Shown here: in pieces, positions 1 to 9,687 of the stretch
How the letters are laid out: the number at the start of each line of letters is the position of its first letter
Numbering within the stretch: position 1 is the stretch's first letter
Position numbers and translations under genes: made by a program
The notes under the pieces: generated by a model
The model's database searches: none
Told to the model about the DNA's origin: nothing
What the model saw: only the letters and a program-made list of their open reading frames with translations
IMG/VR virus record: IMGVR_UViG_3300024346_000003
Direction: 5' to 3' (one strand)
Source: a virus
Taxonomy: Duplodnaviria; Caudoviricetes
Length of the DNA: 64,000 nt

Positions 1-275
1 GTTACAGTTGTTCCAGATTCAATAACCCATTTATTTTCAGGTATAGGTAGAGGGAATGATACCGTATTATTATCATTTCTAGTTAGAATTATATCAGTAC
101 CATCATATGTACCACCAGTAACGTATATATCCTCAACTAATATATTATTTGCGATATAATTTGTAACGCCTGATAAAGTACTAACGGCAGTTATATTATC
201 AGCCCACATTAAAAACAAATTATCACCAGATAAATTAGCGTCAATAGGGAATTGATATATTTTCTTATTTGCCAT
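1..275 (-). CDS. 5' part of a probable tail-fibre/structural protein (runs off window start)
   Basis: ATG at 275 opens MANKKIYQFPIDANLSGDNLFLMWAD... with no stop to position 1; ATATTTAT motif 16 nt upstream; follows two structural genes. Confidence 0.65.
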   Translation of the reverse strand, partial: MANKKIYQFPIDANLSGDNLFLMWADNITAVSTLSGVTNYIANNILVEDIYVTGGTYDGTDIILTRNDNNTVSFPLPIPENKWVIESGTTV

Positions 276-332
276 TATGTATTTTTATTAATAAATATTA
301 GTTGAGTTATAATAAACCCAAAAAAATAAAAA

Positions 333-2144
333 TTAATATTGAATACCGTACCCGTTTTCTTGAATAATATAATCACCGTTCTCATCAATGATTAACCCAT
401 TGTCTGGGTCACCACAACAATTCAAGTCATATCTAGTACATTGCTCTAAACAACCAGCACTAATATCACACCAATTCATATCACAAATATTGAATTTGAA
501 TTGTGATATTTGACCTATAAATGTTCCAGCAAAATTCTTCTCAATTAGTAACCCTAAATCTTCAGTATCTTGACCATCAAATGTCATACTTTCCATTAGA
601 CCTTGAGAACCACCACCTAAACTTATATTAAATGGTATACCAACTTGTTTACCCTCATATTCGTTTAATCTTCTTGCAACAAATTCATCAACATCTTTAA
701 ATATTGCTTTTAATTTACAATTAACATAGAACATTAATTTACCCTTTCTAGCTGGTAAACATTTTAGTTGTTCTTTTGTATAAGTTTCATCAGCAACAAA
801 TCTAATCGTAATTCTTGACCATACATCACTTTGAACAATACCACTCATAGAATATTGCTCATCAACTGTAACGCCAGTTGTTGAACCAGATGTGGTACCA
901 GAACAATAGTATTTCAAAGCTCTATAACCAATACGACCATCATCTGTAATTCTAAATCCTATTGCATTATCAAATACATCTAAATTTTTATCTAATTCTA
1001 ATAAAATTTCACTATCACCACTATATGAACATACAGTTTCTCTACCATAAGTATCACTATCTCTAGGCTCACCACAAGAACCACATCTAGTACTACTAGT
1101 TCTAGCTCTACCGTAAATTAAGAATTGGTTTCTATCATCAGTCTTTTTTCTAACAAATTCAGCAGTTGTTATACTAGTACCAGTAAAGCTACATGTGGTT
1201 TCTCTACCGTATTCATCACTATCTCTAGGTGCACCACATGAACCACATCTAGTGCTACTAGTTCTAGCTCTACCGTAAATTAAGAATTGATTTGTTATTA
1301 CTTTAATATCTAATCTAGGTGGGTCCAAATATATATTATAACCCGTATCATAATCAAATATTTGAATATCACTTTCTTTTGGTTCTGTACAAAATGTAGT
1401 TACCACATCTGAACATCCAGATAAACTTTCACAATCCAAAGTACACCCAGTATTATTACCATAGAAGATGTTCCAATACTTATTTTCAGCTCTAGTTCCC
1501 ATATAAAAGAAAAATCCTTTATTTTCTGGGTAAACATCATTCAATGTTGTTCCAGTATAATTAGAACAATCTTCAGTCTTCTTTAACCAAAAATCAGCAA
1601 CCCAAGCTTTAGGTACTCTAGTTGGTAATACTTCATATGTTGAACCATCTAACTTATAATAACCTTGATAAAAACCACCACATAATTTAATATTTTGTCC
1701 AGCAGTTGGGTCACCATATAACTCAATTGGGTATATAAATTGTTGTGTTGAACCAGTAACCATATTAAGTATTAACCTATTATCATTTGCTGGTATCGTT
1801 AATGTTGTACCAGTTAGTATATCAACTAACCCAACATTCTTATTATCACCTGGTGCTTTATTATAAATTAATTGACCATTATCTAATCCAGTTAAACCAA
1901 ATGTATCAAATGTATAACCAGTATTTGTAGCACCAGTCCAGGTAGTTAATGAATAAATTTTATCTAAATTCGAAGAATTATTAAATGTTAATGGGTCATT
2001 AAAATCATACCAAACAACAAAGCATTCAGCTGATTCATTATTAGCACAACATTCGTATCCTACTTCATCGTTAGACAAATAGAAATCGTAATACTCACTA
2101 TCAGTAAGTTTTAAATCTATTTTTTTATTTACAAAATTACCCAT
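333..2144 (-). CDS. Structural protein, Cys/Thr/Gly-rich, LamG/concanavalin-like C-terminal region, internal tandem repeat
   Basis: 603 aa; WSRITIRF..GKLMFYVN..SLGGGSQG..FIGQISQFKF resembles a LamG sandwich; lies among tail-fibre genes. Confidence 0.5.
   Translation of the reverse strand: MGNFVNKKIDLKLTDSEYYDFYLSNDEVGYECCANNESAECFVVWYDFNDPLTFNNSSNLDKIYSLTTWTGATNTGYTFDTFGLTGLDNGQLIYNKAPGDNKNVGLVDILTGTTLTIPANDNRLILNMVTGSTQQFIYPIELYGDPTAGQNIKLCGGFYQGYYKLDGSTYEVLPTRVPKAWVADFWLKKTEDCSNYTGTTLNDVYPENKGFFFYMGTRAENKYWNIFYGNNTGCTLDCESLSGCSDVVTTFCTEPKESDIQIFDYDTGYNIYLDPPRLDIKVITNQFLIYGRARTSSTRCGSCGAPRDSDEYGRETTCSFTGTSITTAEFVRKKTDDRNQFLIYGRARTSSTRCGSCGEPRDSDTYGRETVCSYSGDSEILLELDKNLDVFDNAIGFRITDDGRIGYRALKYYCSGTTSGSTTGVTVDEQYSMSGIVQSDVWSRITIRFVADETYTKEQLKCLPARKGKLMFYVNCKLKAIFKDVDEFVARRLNEYEGKQVGIPFNISLGGGSQGLMESMTFDGQDTEDLGLLIEKNFAGTFIGQISQFKFNICDMNWCDISAGCLEQCTRYDLNCCGDPDNGLIIDENGDYIIQENGYGIQY
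1021..1292 (-). repeat. Two-copy 162-nt-period repeat encoding NQFLIYGRARTSSTRCGSCGxPRDSDxYGRETxCS
   Basis: Near-identical copies at ~1021-1130 and ~1185-1292 (tctctacc at 1039 and 1201). Confidence 0.9.
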
Positions 2145-2156
2145 TAATATTTTTTA

Positions 2157-4946
2157 TTAAAATAATTCAAGTGATGACCTTTTCCAACCATCACTACCTT
2201 TAATATATAAATAGTTATCATCTCTAGTTATGTCACCAATTTTACCATAATTATCCAAACTTGAACTTGGACTATATTCAGGAATTATTAAACTTAGTGG
2301 TGATATTGAATTATTTGTAACCCAACTACCCTCTGAATTTAATTTGAATTCAGCATTAATACCAGAACTAACACCATTTATTAATGATATACCACCACCT
2401 ATTGCTGTTGCAGTTGTACCATTGTAATTTAATTCAATATTATTATCTTCAGCCGCAATAGTTTGTGATTCTAAAATTAAACCATCAGGTGCTGTCATCT
2501 CTTTTATTGCTTCAACAATCCATGGGATTATTTCACTATAATTAAGATTTAACATACCATCACTTTTAGCTCTATTTCTAACTAATTCAGGTACAATTTC
2601 CTGAACCTCTTGTGCTATGAAACCAAATCTAATACCAGAACCCATATTCGATTCTTCAGTATATTCAAAAGAAACACCTCTTAAATTTTTAATAACATCT
2701 AAAGCTGTTGGTAATGTGTTAATATTTCTTTTTAATCTAATATCTGAAACACCAGCAACAATTCTACCACTTGCATCAGTAGCTATTGGGTCAGTAGATG
2801 TTAAACCGTCTATTACTAAATCTGGAACATAAACTGTGTCAGCTGTCGAACCAGTTATATTCTGACCACCAATAACAGCACTACGAGCACCAGTAACTCT
2901 TGAATTAGTTGAATGTATAAATGATGTATCACTAATAGCTATTGTTGAACTACCACCAGCGTGTGAATAGTTACCACTAGCTGTTGTTGAATTACCTTCT
3001 GCGTGAGATGAAATACCACCAGCTATCGTTGACTGACCTTCTGCGTGAGATGTTAAACCACTAGCTGTTGTATTACTACCCTCAGCATGAGAATAATTAC
3101 CAATGGTTGTGGTTAATCTACCTTCAGCATGTGATGACCAACCACTAGCGATAGATTGTTCACCTTCAGCATGTGAAGCAAAATTAGCATATGTATTATA
3201 CCCCCCAGCATGTGAATAATCACCACCCGCTACACTTAGATAACCTTCAGCGTGTGAACCAATACCACTAGCTATTGTGCCACCACCTTCAGCATGTGAA
3301 TAAGTACCACTAGCTGTTGATAAATAACCTTCAACATGTGAAGCAAACCCAATAGCGGTAGTTAAAAGACCTTCAGCATGTGAACTAATACCAGAAGCTG
3401 TACCACCACTAACAATAATAACACCATTAAAGTAACCACCCTCAGCATGCGAACCAGCACCAATTGATTGTGAATAATAACCCTCAGCATGTGAAGTATA
3501 ACCACTAGCTTTTGTACCTTCACCTTCAGCATGTGATATAAGACCACTAGCTATTGTATAACTACCTTCAGCATGTGATGCATCACCACTAGCTGTTGTA
3601 GCATAACCTTCAGCATGTGAATAACCACCAATAGCTCTTGTTAGACCACCCTCAGCATGTGAACCTATACCACTAGCAGTTGAAAATTGACCTTCTGCAT
3701 GTGAATATTGATTAGTTGTTGATGTTTGATAACCTTGAGCATGTGAATAGTTACCGCTAGCTATTGTTGCTCTACCTTCAGCGTGTGAATATAAACCACT
3801 AGCTGTTGTATTATACCCTTCAGCATGTGAATAATCACTTTCAGCAGTTGTTTGGAATCCTTCAGCATGTGAAGTTACACCACTAGCTATTGTACCCGAA
3901 CCTTCAGCATGTGAGTAATTACCACTTGCGGTTGTTTGATTACCCTCAGCGTGTGACGTAATACCACTAGCTACTGTAAACGAACCTTCAGCGTGAGACT
4001 TTAAACCACTAGCTGTTGTATTAGAACCCTCAGCGTGTGAACCTTGACTACTGGCTGTTGTACTCTCACCTTCTGAATGCGAATATTCACCCAATGCTTT
4101 TGTTAATGTACCCTCAGCGTGTGCGCTATCGTCACCAGCTACTGTAAACGAACCTTCAGCATGTGAACTATTACCACTAGCTATTGTACCAATACCTTCA
4201 GCATGTGAATACAACCCGATAGCCGTTGTACCATTACCTTCAGCCAAAGCATAGTCACCAGAAGCCAAATTACCAGCACTTTCAGTTACAATAGCAAAAT
4301 TACCAGTTGAAGCTGACCAAAATGTTGTACCAGATGTAACAGCAGATACTGATTGCCAAGTTGCCATACCTTCAGAATTTGAAGTTAAAACATATCCAAT
4401 TTGTGGGTTATCACTAACTATTAATTTTTTAGTTCTTAATATTTCAGTATTATCAACCCAAATAGTCCTACCTGTAAAATCTAAGGTTTCTGCACTATAA
4501 ATAAAAAAGTCTGTCGAAACAGTACCACTATAGTTGCCTGGGGTTGGTTCTGACATCGTTATTGGGTATAAATTAGAAGCACTAACACCAGAGTATGTTA
4601 AATTAACTAAATTACCATCTATTATGGTTGTAGAACTACTACCAAATATAGCTGATATGTTTTGAGATACACCACTATTACTTGGTGTTAATGCTGATAT
4701 AGATGAATCAACAGCTGAAACACCTGGGATACCCCATGTGAACACTGTTGTTGCACTATTACCCGAATACGAACTAATAACACCAAAATACTGTGATGTT
4801 TGTGCCGTGGCCGTTAAATCAGGTCCAGATGTTAATGCACTAAATGGCATACCAAAAACTGTAGTACCTGATAAAGTTGTTTCAGTTCTCTCTCTTTGTT
4901 TTATTTGTCGATTGTCAGAATAATCTAATTTTGTTCTAAAAGCCAT
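2157..4946 (-). CDS. Tail fibre/adhesin with YadA-head-like SHAEG repeats and peptidase S74 intramolecular chaperone
   Basis: About 30 14-aa SHAEGxxTxASGxx repeats, then VSDIRLKRNINTLPTALDVIKNLRGVSFEY...GFIAQEVQEIVPELV. Confidence 0.85.
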   Translation of the reverse strand: MAFRTKLDYSDNRQIKQRERTETTLSGTTVFGMPFSALTSGPDLTATAQTSQYFGVISSYSGNSATTVFTWGIPGVSAVDSSISALTPSNSGVSQNISAIFGSSSTTIIDGNLVNLTYSGVSASNLYPITMSEPTPGNYSGTVSTDFFIYSAETLDFTGRTIWVDNTEILRTKKLIVSDNPQIGYVLTSNSEGMATWQSVSAVTSGTTFWSASTGNFAIVTESAGNLASGDYALAEGNGTTAIGLYSHAEGIGTIASGNSSHAEGSFTVAGDDSAHAEGTLTKALGEYSHSEGESTTASSQGSHAEGSNTTASGLKSHAEGSFTVASGITSHAEGNQTTASGNYSHAEGSGTIASGVTSHAEGFQTTAESDYSHAEGYNTTASGLYSHAEGRATIASGNYSHAQGYQTSTTNQYSHAEGQFSTASGIGSHAEGGLTRAIGGYSHAEGYATTASGDASHAEGSYTIASGLISHAEGEGTKASGYTSHAEGYYSQSIGAGSHAEGGYFNGVIIVSGGTASGISSHAEGLLTTAIGFASHVEGYLSTASGTYSHAEGGGTIASGIGSHAEGYLSVAGGDYSHAGGYNTYANFASHAEGEQSIASGWSSHAEGRLTTTIGNYSHAEGSNTTASGLTSHAEGQSTIAGGISSHAEGNSTTASGNYSHAGGSSTIAISDTSFIHSTNSRVTGARSAVIGGQNITGSTADTVYVPDLVIDGLTSTDPIATDASGRIVAGVSDIRLKRNINTLPTALDVIKNLRGVSFEYTEESNMGSGIRFGFIAQEVQEIVPELVRNRAKSDGMLNLNYSEIIPWIVEAIKEMTAPDGLILESQTIAAEDNNIELNYNGTTATAIGGGISLINGVSSGINAEFKLNSEGSWVTNNSISPLSLIIPEYSPSSSLDNYGKIGDITRDDNYLYIKGSDGWKRSSLELF
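2960..4250 (-). repeat. 42-nt-period coding repeat array (ccttcagcatgtga core)
   Basis: Recurring ccttcagcatgtga/ccactagct blocks encoding SHAEG units. Confidence 0.9.
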
Positions 4947-5007
4947 ATATTTATGTTTTATTATAAATATTAAGATATTTGAATATATTTATTATTAAAA
5001 TATATTT

Positions 5008-5478
5008 ATGAGATTCACTAAAGAATATTTTGAAAAAAATAAGCCTCTTACCAATGAAATTAAATTGGATGAGTTAATTGATATGGATGGAACACCTATT
5101 GAAGGTGACTTCAAACCTGGTTATAGTGATATACAAACAGGTCCAGTAGCTAAATCATTTAATGATAATTCTGATTATGAAAAAGGATTACCAACTACAA
5201 CGGATAAAATGGCTACATATGCACAACCAAGAAGTTGGTGGGCACTTTACTATGGTTATGGTGGAACACCTTATAGTCATGGTAATAAACCTATTTCTGA
5301 AGCTGAAATGTTAGAATCTTTAGTTGATAAAAAGGAAGATAAAGATATTGTTGAAAAAACAAAAGATTTGGACTTAGAAGAAAAATTAAAACAAATTGAG
5401 GATATCGTTAATAAATCAGATTTATCTGATAAAGATAAAAAAGAGATGTTAAATGTAATTAATGATTCTAAACAATAA
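5008..5478 (+). CDS. Hypothetical late protein
   Basis: 156 aa; ATATTTAT at 4985-4992. Confidence 0.7.
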   Translation: MRFTKEYFEKNKPLTNEIKLDELIDMDGTPIEGDFKPGYSDIQTGPVAKSFNDNSDYEKGLPTTTDKMATYAQPRSWWALYYGYGGTPYSHGNKPISEAEMLESLVDKKEDKDIVEKTKDLDLEEKLKQIEDIVNKSDLSDKDKKEMLNVINDSKQ

Positions 5479-5481
5479 CTT

Positions 5482-5907
5482 ATGAATATTAACGAAGAAA
5501 ATAAAGATTTAGATAAGAAAGGTGATTTTGTTATTATACCAGGTGAATTTAAACATCATTTTAAAAGTGATAAAATAAGTTATAGTAATTTAACAACAAA
5601 AAAGAATCGTCTTGAAAAAAATCCAAATCCTAACCCAGAAGAAAAAAAACTATTGAATTGGATTAATAAAAAGTTAAAAACTGAAATTCAAAAAGATAGA
5701 GGACCAAAAGCAGCCAGAATGCATATTGATGCTGAAGGGACAAAGCAAGGTAAAGATGGTGGGAACAATTTTAAGAATAGAAAAGCGACTGATGTAGATA
5801 GAGTTGGTGAAGTTCTTAAAATTAGAGAATCAGAAATGGAGCAAGAAATGCATTCTATTAGATATTTAATAGAATACATGGATAACAATAAAAAAAATAA
5901 AATTTAA
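5482..5907 (+). CDS. Hypothetical protein
   Basis: 141 aa, tightly packed in operon. Confidence 0.7.
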   Translation: MNINEENKDLDKKGDFVIIPGEFKHHFKSDKISYSNLTTKKNRLEKNPNPNPEEKKLLNWINKKLKTEIQKDRGPKAARMHIDAEGTKQGKDGGNNFKNRKATDVDRVGEVLKIRESEMEQEMHSIRYLIEYMDNNKKNKI

Positions 5908-5912
5908 AAGTC

Positions 5913-6251
5913 ATGTCAAGTAATAAATTAGAACAAGCCGCAATTGCAACTAGAAACACTTTAATTGCGATTAACAATTATGACAATGTTGATGATGCAA
6001 ATAACTATACATCAACACACACTAGAGCATTAAGTGACCAACAAACACCAATTAATGGTAAAGGTACTGGTGTATTTTTGGATACTTACAATGGTGGTGG
6101 TAGTTTAGATATTTACGGTAATGCAGCATCTGCTGGTTCAGGTAGATTGGCAGCATTTGCCAATAACACATCAACTTGGGGATTTGGACCAACTGCGTAT
6201 TATCAACACCCAGACACATCTGGAAATGTTGGACAAGTAACATTTGGTTAA
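5913..6251 (+). CDS. Hypothetical Gly/Asn/Thr-rich, probably virion protein
   Basis: 112 aa, composition typical of structural proteins. Confidence 0.65.
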   Translation: MSSNKLEQAAIATRNTLIAINNYDNVDDANNYTSTHTRALSDQQTPINGKGTGVFLDTYNGGGSLDIYGNAASAGSGRLAAFANNTSTWGFGPTAYYQHPDTSGNVGQVTFG

Positions 6252-6261
6252 AAATTAATAA

Positions 6262-6687
6262 ATGAAACTTTACAATATTTTTCAAGATATTATATTAGAA
6301 GAAATATCCAAAGACCAAGAGTTAATTAACGAAGGTACTCTTGAGGATATCAAATCCGCTATGGAAAATACTGTATATGTTTGGTTTAAATATAAAACAG
6401 CTGATGGAGTAATAACAGATAGATATGTTATGCTAGATAAATTAGGAACATCTTTAGCGAACAATGGTGTTGTTAGATTATGGCAAACTGGTGGTCAAAC
6501 AACTAAAACTAAAACAAATGGTGGTGTTAATGGTTGGAAATTATTTAGAATAGATAGAATAATTCCTGGTTCAATTAAACCAACTAACATGAAATACCGT
6601 GAACCAGTTCGTTCTGGGGAACCATATAACACAAATGGTGATAGAAAGATGAAAGGTGCTGTTACTGTTGCAAATTATACAAAATAA
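6262..6687 (+). CDS. WYL-like domain protein
   Basis: VWFKYKTADG..TDRYV...WKLFRIDRI fits the WYL pattern (FRxDRI). Confidence 0.65.
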   Translation: MKLYNIFQDIILEEISKDQELINEGTLEDIKSAMENTVYVWFKYKTADGVITDRYVMLDKLGTSLANNGVVRLWQTGGQTTKTKTNGGVNGWKLFRIDRIIPGSIKPTNMKYREPVRSGEPYNTNGDRKMKGAVTVANYTK

Positions 6688-6697
6688 AAATTAAATT

Positions 6698-7261
6698 ATG
6701 AATATACCACAACCAATAGACGTAAGTAGACTTAAAGGTATTTTAGGTAACGCAAAAACATTAATGGCCAAAGTGGAAACTGGTAATTATGAAACTGGAC
6801 ATGTTGATGGTAGAGCATTAACTGAAGAAGGAGTTAAACAATTACAAGCTGAAGGTGTAAGAAGACCAAGTACTCAAAGTCAACCTCAAATTAATGAATC
6901 AAATATTAAAAATTCAAGATTACCAGAATCGATTAAAAAAGCAATGTTGGAAAATCCAATAGCACAACCAAATGGTATGACACATACATTTACACTTGAT
7001 GATGTTTATGATATAGCCGATGAAAAACCAATGCCATTACCACAAGCTAGAAAACAATCAGTTCATGAAAATGTAAATTATCAACAACCACAACAAAATG
7101 TTGTTGGGTATAATGATAATGAATTAAGAGCAATGATGAAAGATGTTTTAATTGAATACTTATCAAATGAATACTCAAAAAATTTAACTGAGTCAGTAAT
7201 TAAACAAACCATTTCAACATTAATTAACGAAGGTAAGATTACAACTAAGAAAAAAATATAA
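6698..7261 (+). CDS. Hypothetical protein
   Basis: 187 aa, followed by terminator. Confidence 0.7.
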   Translation: MNIPQPIDVSRLKGILGNAKTLMAKVETGNYETGHVDGRALTEEGVKQLQAEGVRRPSTQSQPQINESNIKNSRLPESIKKAMLENPIAQPNGMTHTFTLDDVYDIADEKPMPLPQARKQSVHENVNYQQPQQNVVGYNDNELRAMMKDVLIEYLSNEYSKNLTESVIKQTISTLINEGKITTKKKI

Positions 7262-7280
7262 TAAAAAATAAAATTTTAAA

Positions 7281-7308
7281 AAAAAAGGGGAGGTAACTTC
7301 CCTTTTTT
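7281..7308 (+). terminator. Intrinsic terminator (bidirectional-type)
   Basis: aaaaaaGGGGAG-gtaa-CTTCCCtttttt. Confidence 0.8.
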
Positions 7309-7394
7309 CATTTACATTATGTACCATATGATATAATTGGTGTATAGTATTTAGATTTTTTCAATTATATAAATATTTATAATAAAAAAACTAT

Positions 7395-8291
7395 ATGGAT
7401 AAATTAATTGAAAATAAAATAATAGAACTTTATTTAAGCGGAATTGGGTCAACAACAATAGTTAAATTAACTAATATACCCAAACGTAAAATTTTAAATT
7501 TACTAAAAAATAAAAATATACTAAGAAATAGACATCATAGTAATGATTTTTATAATCAATTTTGGAATGAAGATGATATGTGGTGTGGTAATTGGGTTTG
7601 TGAAATGTGTAATGAAACAATTAAATTTTGTGTAAATAATAAAGTTTATTTAAATAGGAATTTAAATAAAAAGAAAATATGTAAAAGTTGTGCAAACAAA
7701 AATCAAATGGGTGAAAACAACTCATTTTATAGTAAAAAACATACTGAAAATAGTAAAAAATTAATATCGGAAAAAAAAATAGGTATTAAGACTAGTGACC
7801 ACATGAGCACCGATAAATATAGAAAAATAGTTAGTGATTTAGCCAAAGAAAGGTGGCAAAGTGGTAAAATGGAAAAAACTAGATTAAAATTAAGTCAAAT
7901 GATGAAAGACAAACACGCTAACGGTGAATTAAAATCAATAAATAGGTCAAAACCTGAATTTGAAATAATTGAATATTTAGAAAGTATTAATATAAAATGT
8001 GAACCAAGTTATAATGTGGAATCAAAAATATTTGACATATATATACCTAAATATAATTTATTAATAGAATATAATGGTGATTATTGGCATTGTAACCCTA
8101 AAAAATATGAGGCTGATTATTATAATAAGAAAAAAAATAAAACTGCTAAAGAAATATGGGAATATGATAAAAATAAACTTTACTTAGCAAAAAAATATGA
8201 TTATAATTGTATTGTAATTTGGGAAACAGATTACAAAAAAAATAAAAATATAATAAAAGAAATTTTTAATAATTATGAACAAATTAAATAA
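7395..8291 (+). CDS. Free-standing homing-type endonuclease (NUMOD3-like repeat, C-terminal Vsr/DUF559-like nuclease)
   Basis: GENNSFYSKKHTENSKKLISEK (NUMOD3-like); FDIYIPKYNLLIEYNGDYWH...IVIWETD; CxxC pairs. Confidence 0.8.
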   Translation: MDKLIENKIIELYLSGIGSTTIVKLTNIPKRKILNLLKNKNILRNRHHSNDFYNQFWNEDDMWCGNWVCEMCNETIKFCVNNKVYLNRNLNKKKICKSCANKNQMGENNSFYSKKHTENSKKLISEKKIGIKTSDHMSTDKYRKIVSDLAKERWQSGKMEKTRLKLSQMMKDKHANGELKSINRSKPEFEIIEYLESINIKCEPSYNVESKIFDIYIPKYNLLIEYNGDYWHCNPKKYEADYYNKKKNKTAKEIWEYDKNKLYLAKKYDYNCIVIWETDYKKNKNIIKEIFNNYEQIK

Positions 8292-9574
8292 TATGACCCC
8301 AGACAGTCGAAAAAAAACTAAGGTATTAGTAGTACCTAGCGACAGGTCTGGGGTCGGCTGAAGGTTATTTCAGAAGTGTTGCCCCACATGTTGGGTTAGA
8401 AAGATTCTACCCAGAAGAATTCCATGTTGATATTAATGAAACCCCAGATTTAAATAATGATGAATTTTTAAAACAATATGATATTGTACATTATCATAGA
8501 AATTTAGGTCAATATGAACAAATGCCTAGTTTATTAGAAAAATTAAAATCAATGGGTATTGTAACGATTATGGATTTAGATGACTATTGGGCACCAGGTC
8601 AACACCACCCAGCGTATTTGATTATTAAAAATTCTAAAATGTCTGAAAAAATTCTAGCAAATATTAAAATTGCTGAAAACATTACAACAACTACAGATGT
8701 TTTTGCAAGTGAAATTGGGAAATATAATAAAAAAGTTTTTGTATTGCCAAACGCAATTGACCCAACTGAAAAACAATACACACCAAATCCAGAAAAATCT
8801 GATAGAATTAGAATTGGGTGGTTAGGTGGTAGCTCACACTTAGAAGATTTAAAACTTTTAAGTGGGTTAGTTAATAAACTTAAATCAGATGGTTTGATGG
8901 ATAAAATACAATTTGTATTATGTGGTTTTGATTTAAGAGGTAATGTCACAATGATTGACCCTAAAACTGGTGAACAAACGCAAAGACCAATTAAGCCTAT
9001 GGAAAGTGTATGGTATGAATATGAAAAAATCTTTACGGATAACTATTCAAGCGTTAGTGAAGGTTATAAAAAACATTTATTATCATTCACAAAAGATGAA
9101 TATCATGATATAGCTAATGAACCATACAGAAGAGTCTGGACTAAACCAGTTAGCACATATGCTACTAATTATAACCTATTTGATATTTCATTAGCACCAT
9201 TGGCTGATAATCTTTTTAACAAAGTTAAATCACAATTAAAAGTGATTGAATCTGCTTTCCATAAAAAAGCATTGATTGCTCAAGACTTTGGACCATATCA
9301 AATTGATTTGGTTAACGCTAGAGTTAAATCTTTAGATAAAAATAACCCAGTAACATTTGATGGGACGGGTAACGCTTATTTAGTTAATAATAATGCTAAA
9401 GAATGGCATCAGTTTGTTAAAAGATTAATAAATAATCCAGAACAAATTGAAATACTATCAAATAATTTATATAATACTATAAAAGATAAATATTCTATTG
9501 AAGCTGTTTCTAAACAACGTAGAGAATTATATTTATCACTATTAAAAGAAAAGCAAAATGGTAATATTCAGTGA
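8275..9574 (+). CDS. GT-B (GT4-like) glycosyltransferase split by a 7-nt gap at 8359-8365; recoded gene or pseudogene
   Basis: ATG 8275/8293 gives KTKVLVVPSDRSGVG then TGA 8359; the +1 frame from 8363 gives GYFRSVAPHVGLERFYPEEF..., continuous into ORF 8522-9574 (MDLDDYW, RIGWLGGSSH, DISLAPL, KSQLKVIE). Confidence 0.75.
8294..8373 (+). promoter_or_regulatory. GC-rich RNA hairpins flanking the coding gap
   Basis: GACCCCAGAC 8295-8304 is the exact reverse complement of GTCTGGGGTC 8346-8355; inner GTCG/CGAC and AGGTA/TACCT pairs; second stem CTGAA 8358-8362 / TTCAG 8369-8373. Confidence 0.65.
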
Positions 9575-9683
9575 GTTCTACAACCTGATTCAGTGTGCAT
9601 ATGATGAAGAAGGAATTATCGGATTTTGTTATTTCGATAAGATAATGATAACCAGATATGGTTTTGAAATATTAAAAAAATAA
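9558..9683 (+). CDS. 41-aa small ORF (below ORF-track cutoff)
   Basis: MVIFSEFYNLIQCAYDEEGIIGFCYFDKIMITRYGFEILKK*; overlaps GT stop and ends 4 nt before next ATG. Confidence 0.5.
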   Translation: MVIFSEFYNLIQCAYDEEGIIGFCYFDKIMITRYGFEILKK

Positions 9684-9687
9684 AGTT

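Noticed and set aside
2960-4250. CRISPR array or DGR repeat
   Set aside because: Repeats are degenerate, in-frame coding units; no constant repeat with unique spacers, no reverse transcriptase and no adenine-specific TR/VR pair.
8359-8361. Alternative genetic code or TGA readthrough
   Set aside because: All other genes are intact in code 11, and readthrough would not correct the frame change.
7395-8365. Group I intron carrying the endonuclease and ending at the GT gap
   Set aside because: The GT's N-terminal coding sequence lies downstream of the endonuclease, right next to the gap, so no exon 1 precedes it; no P7-type core was recognised.
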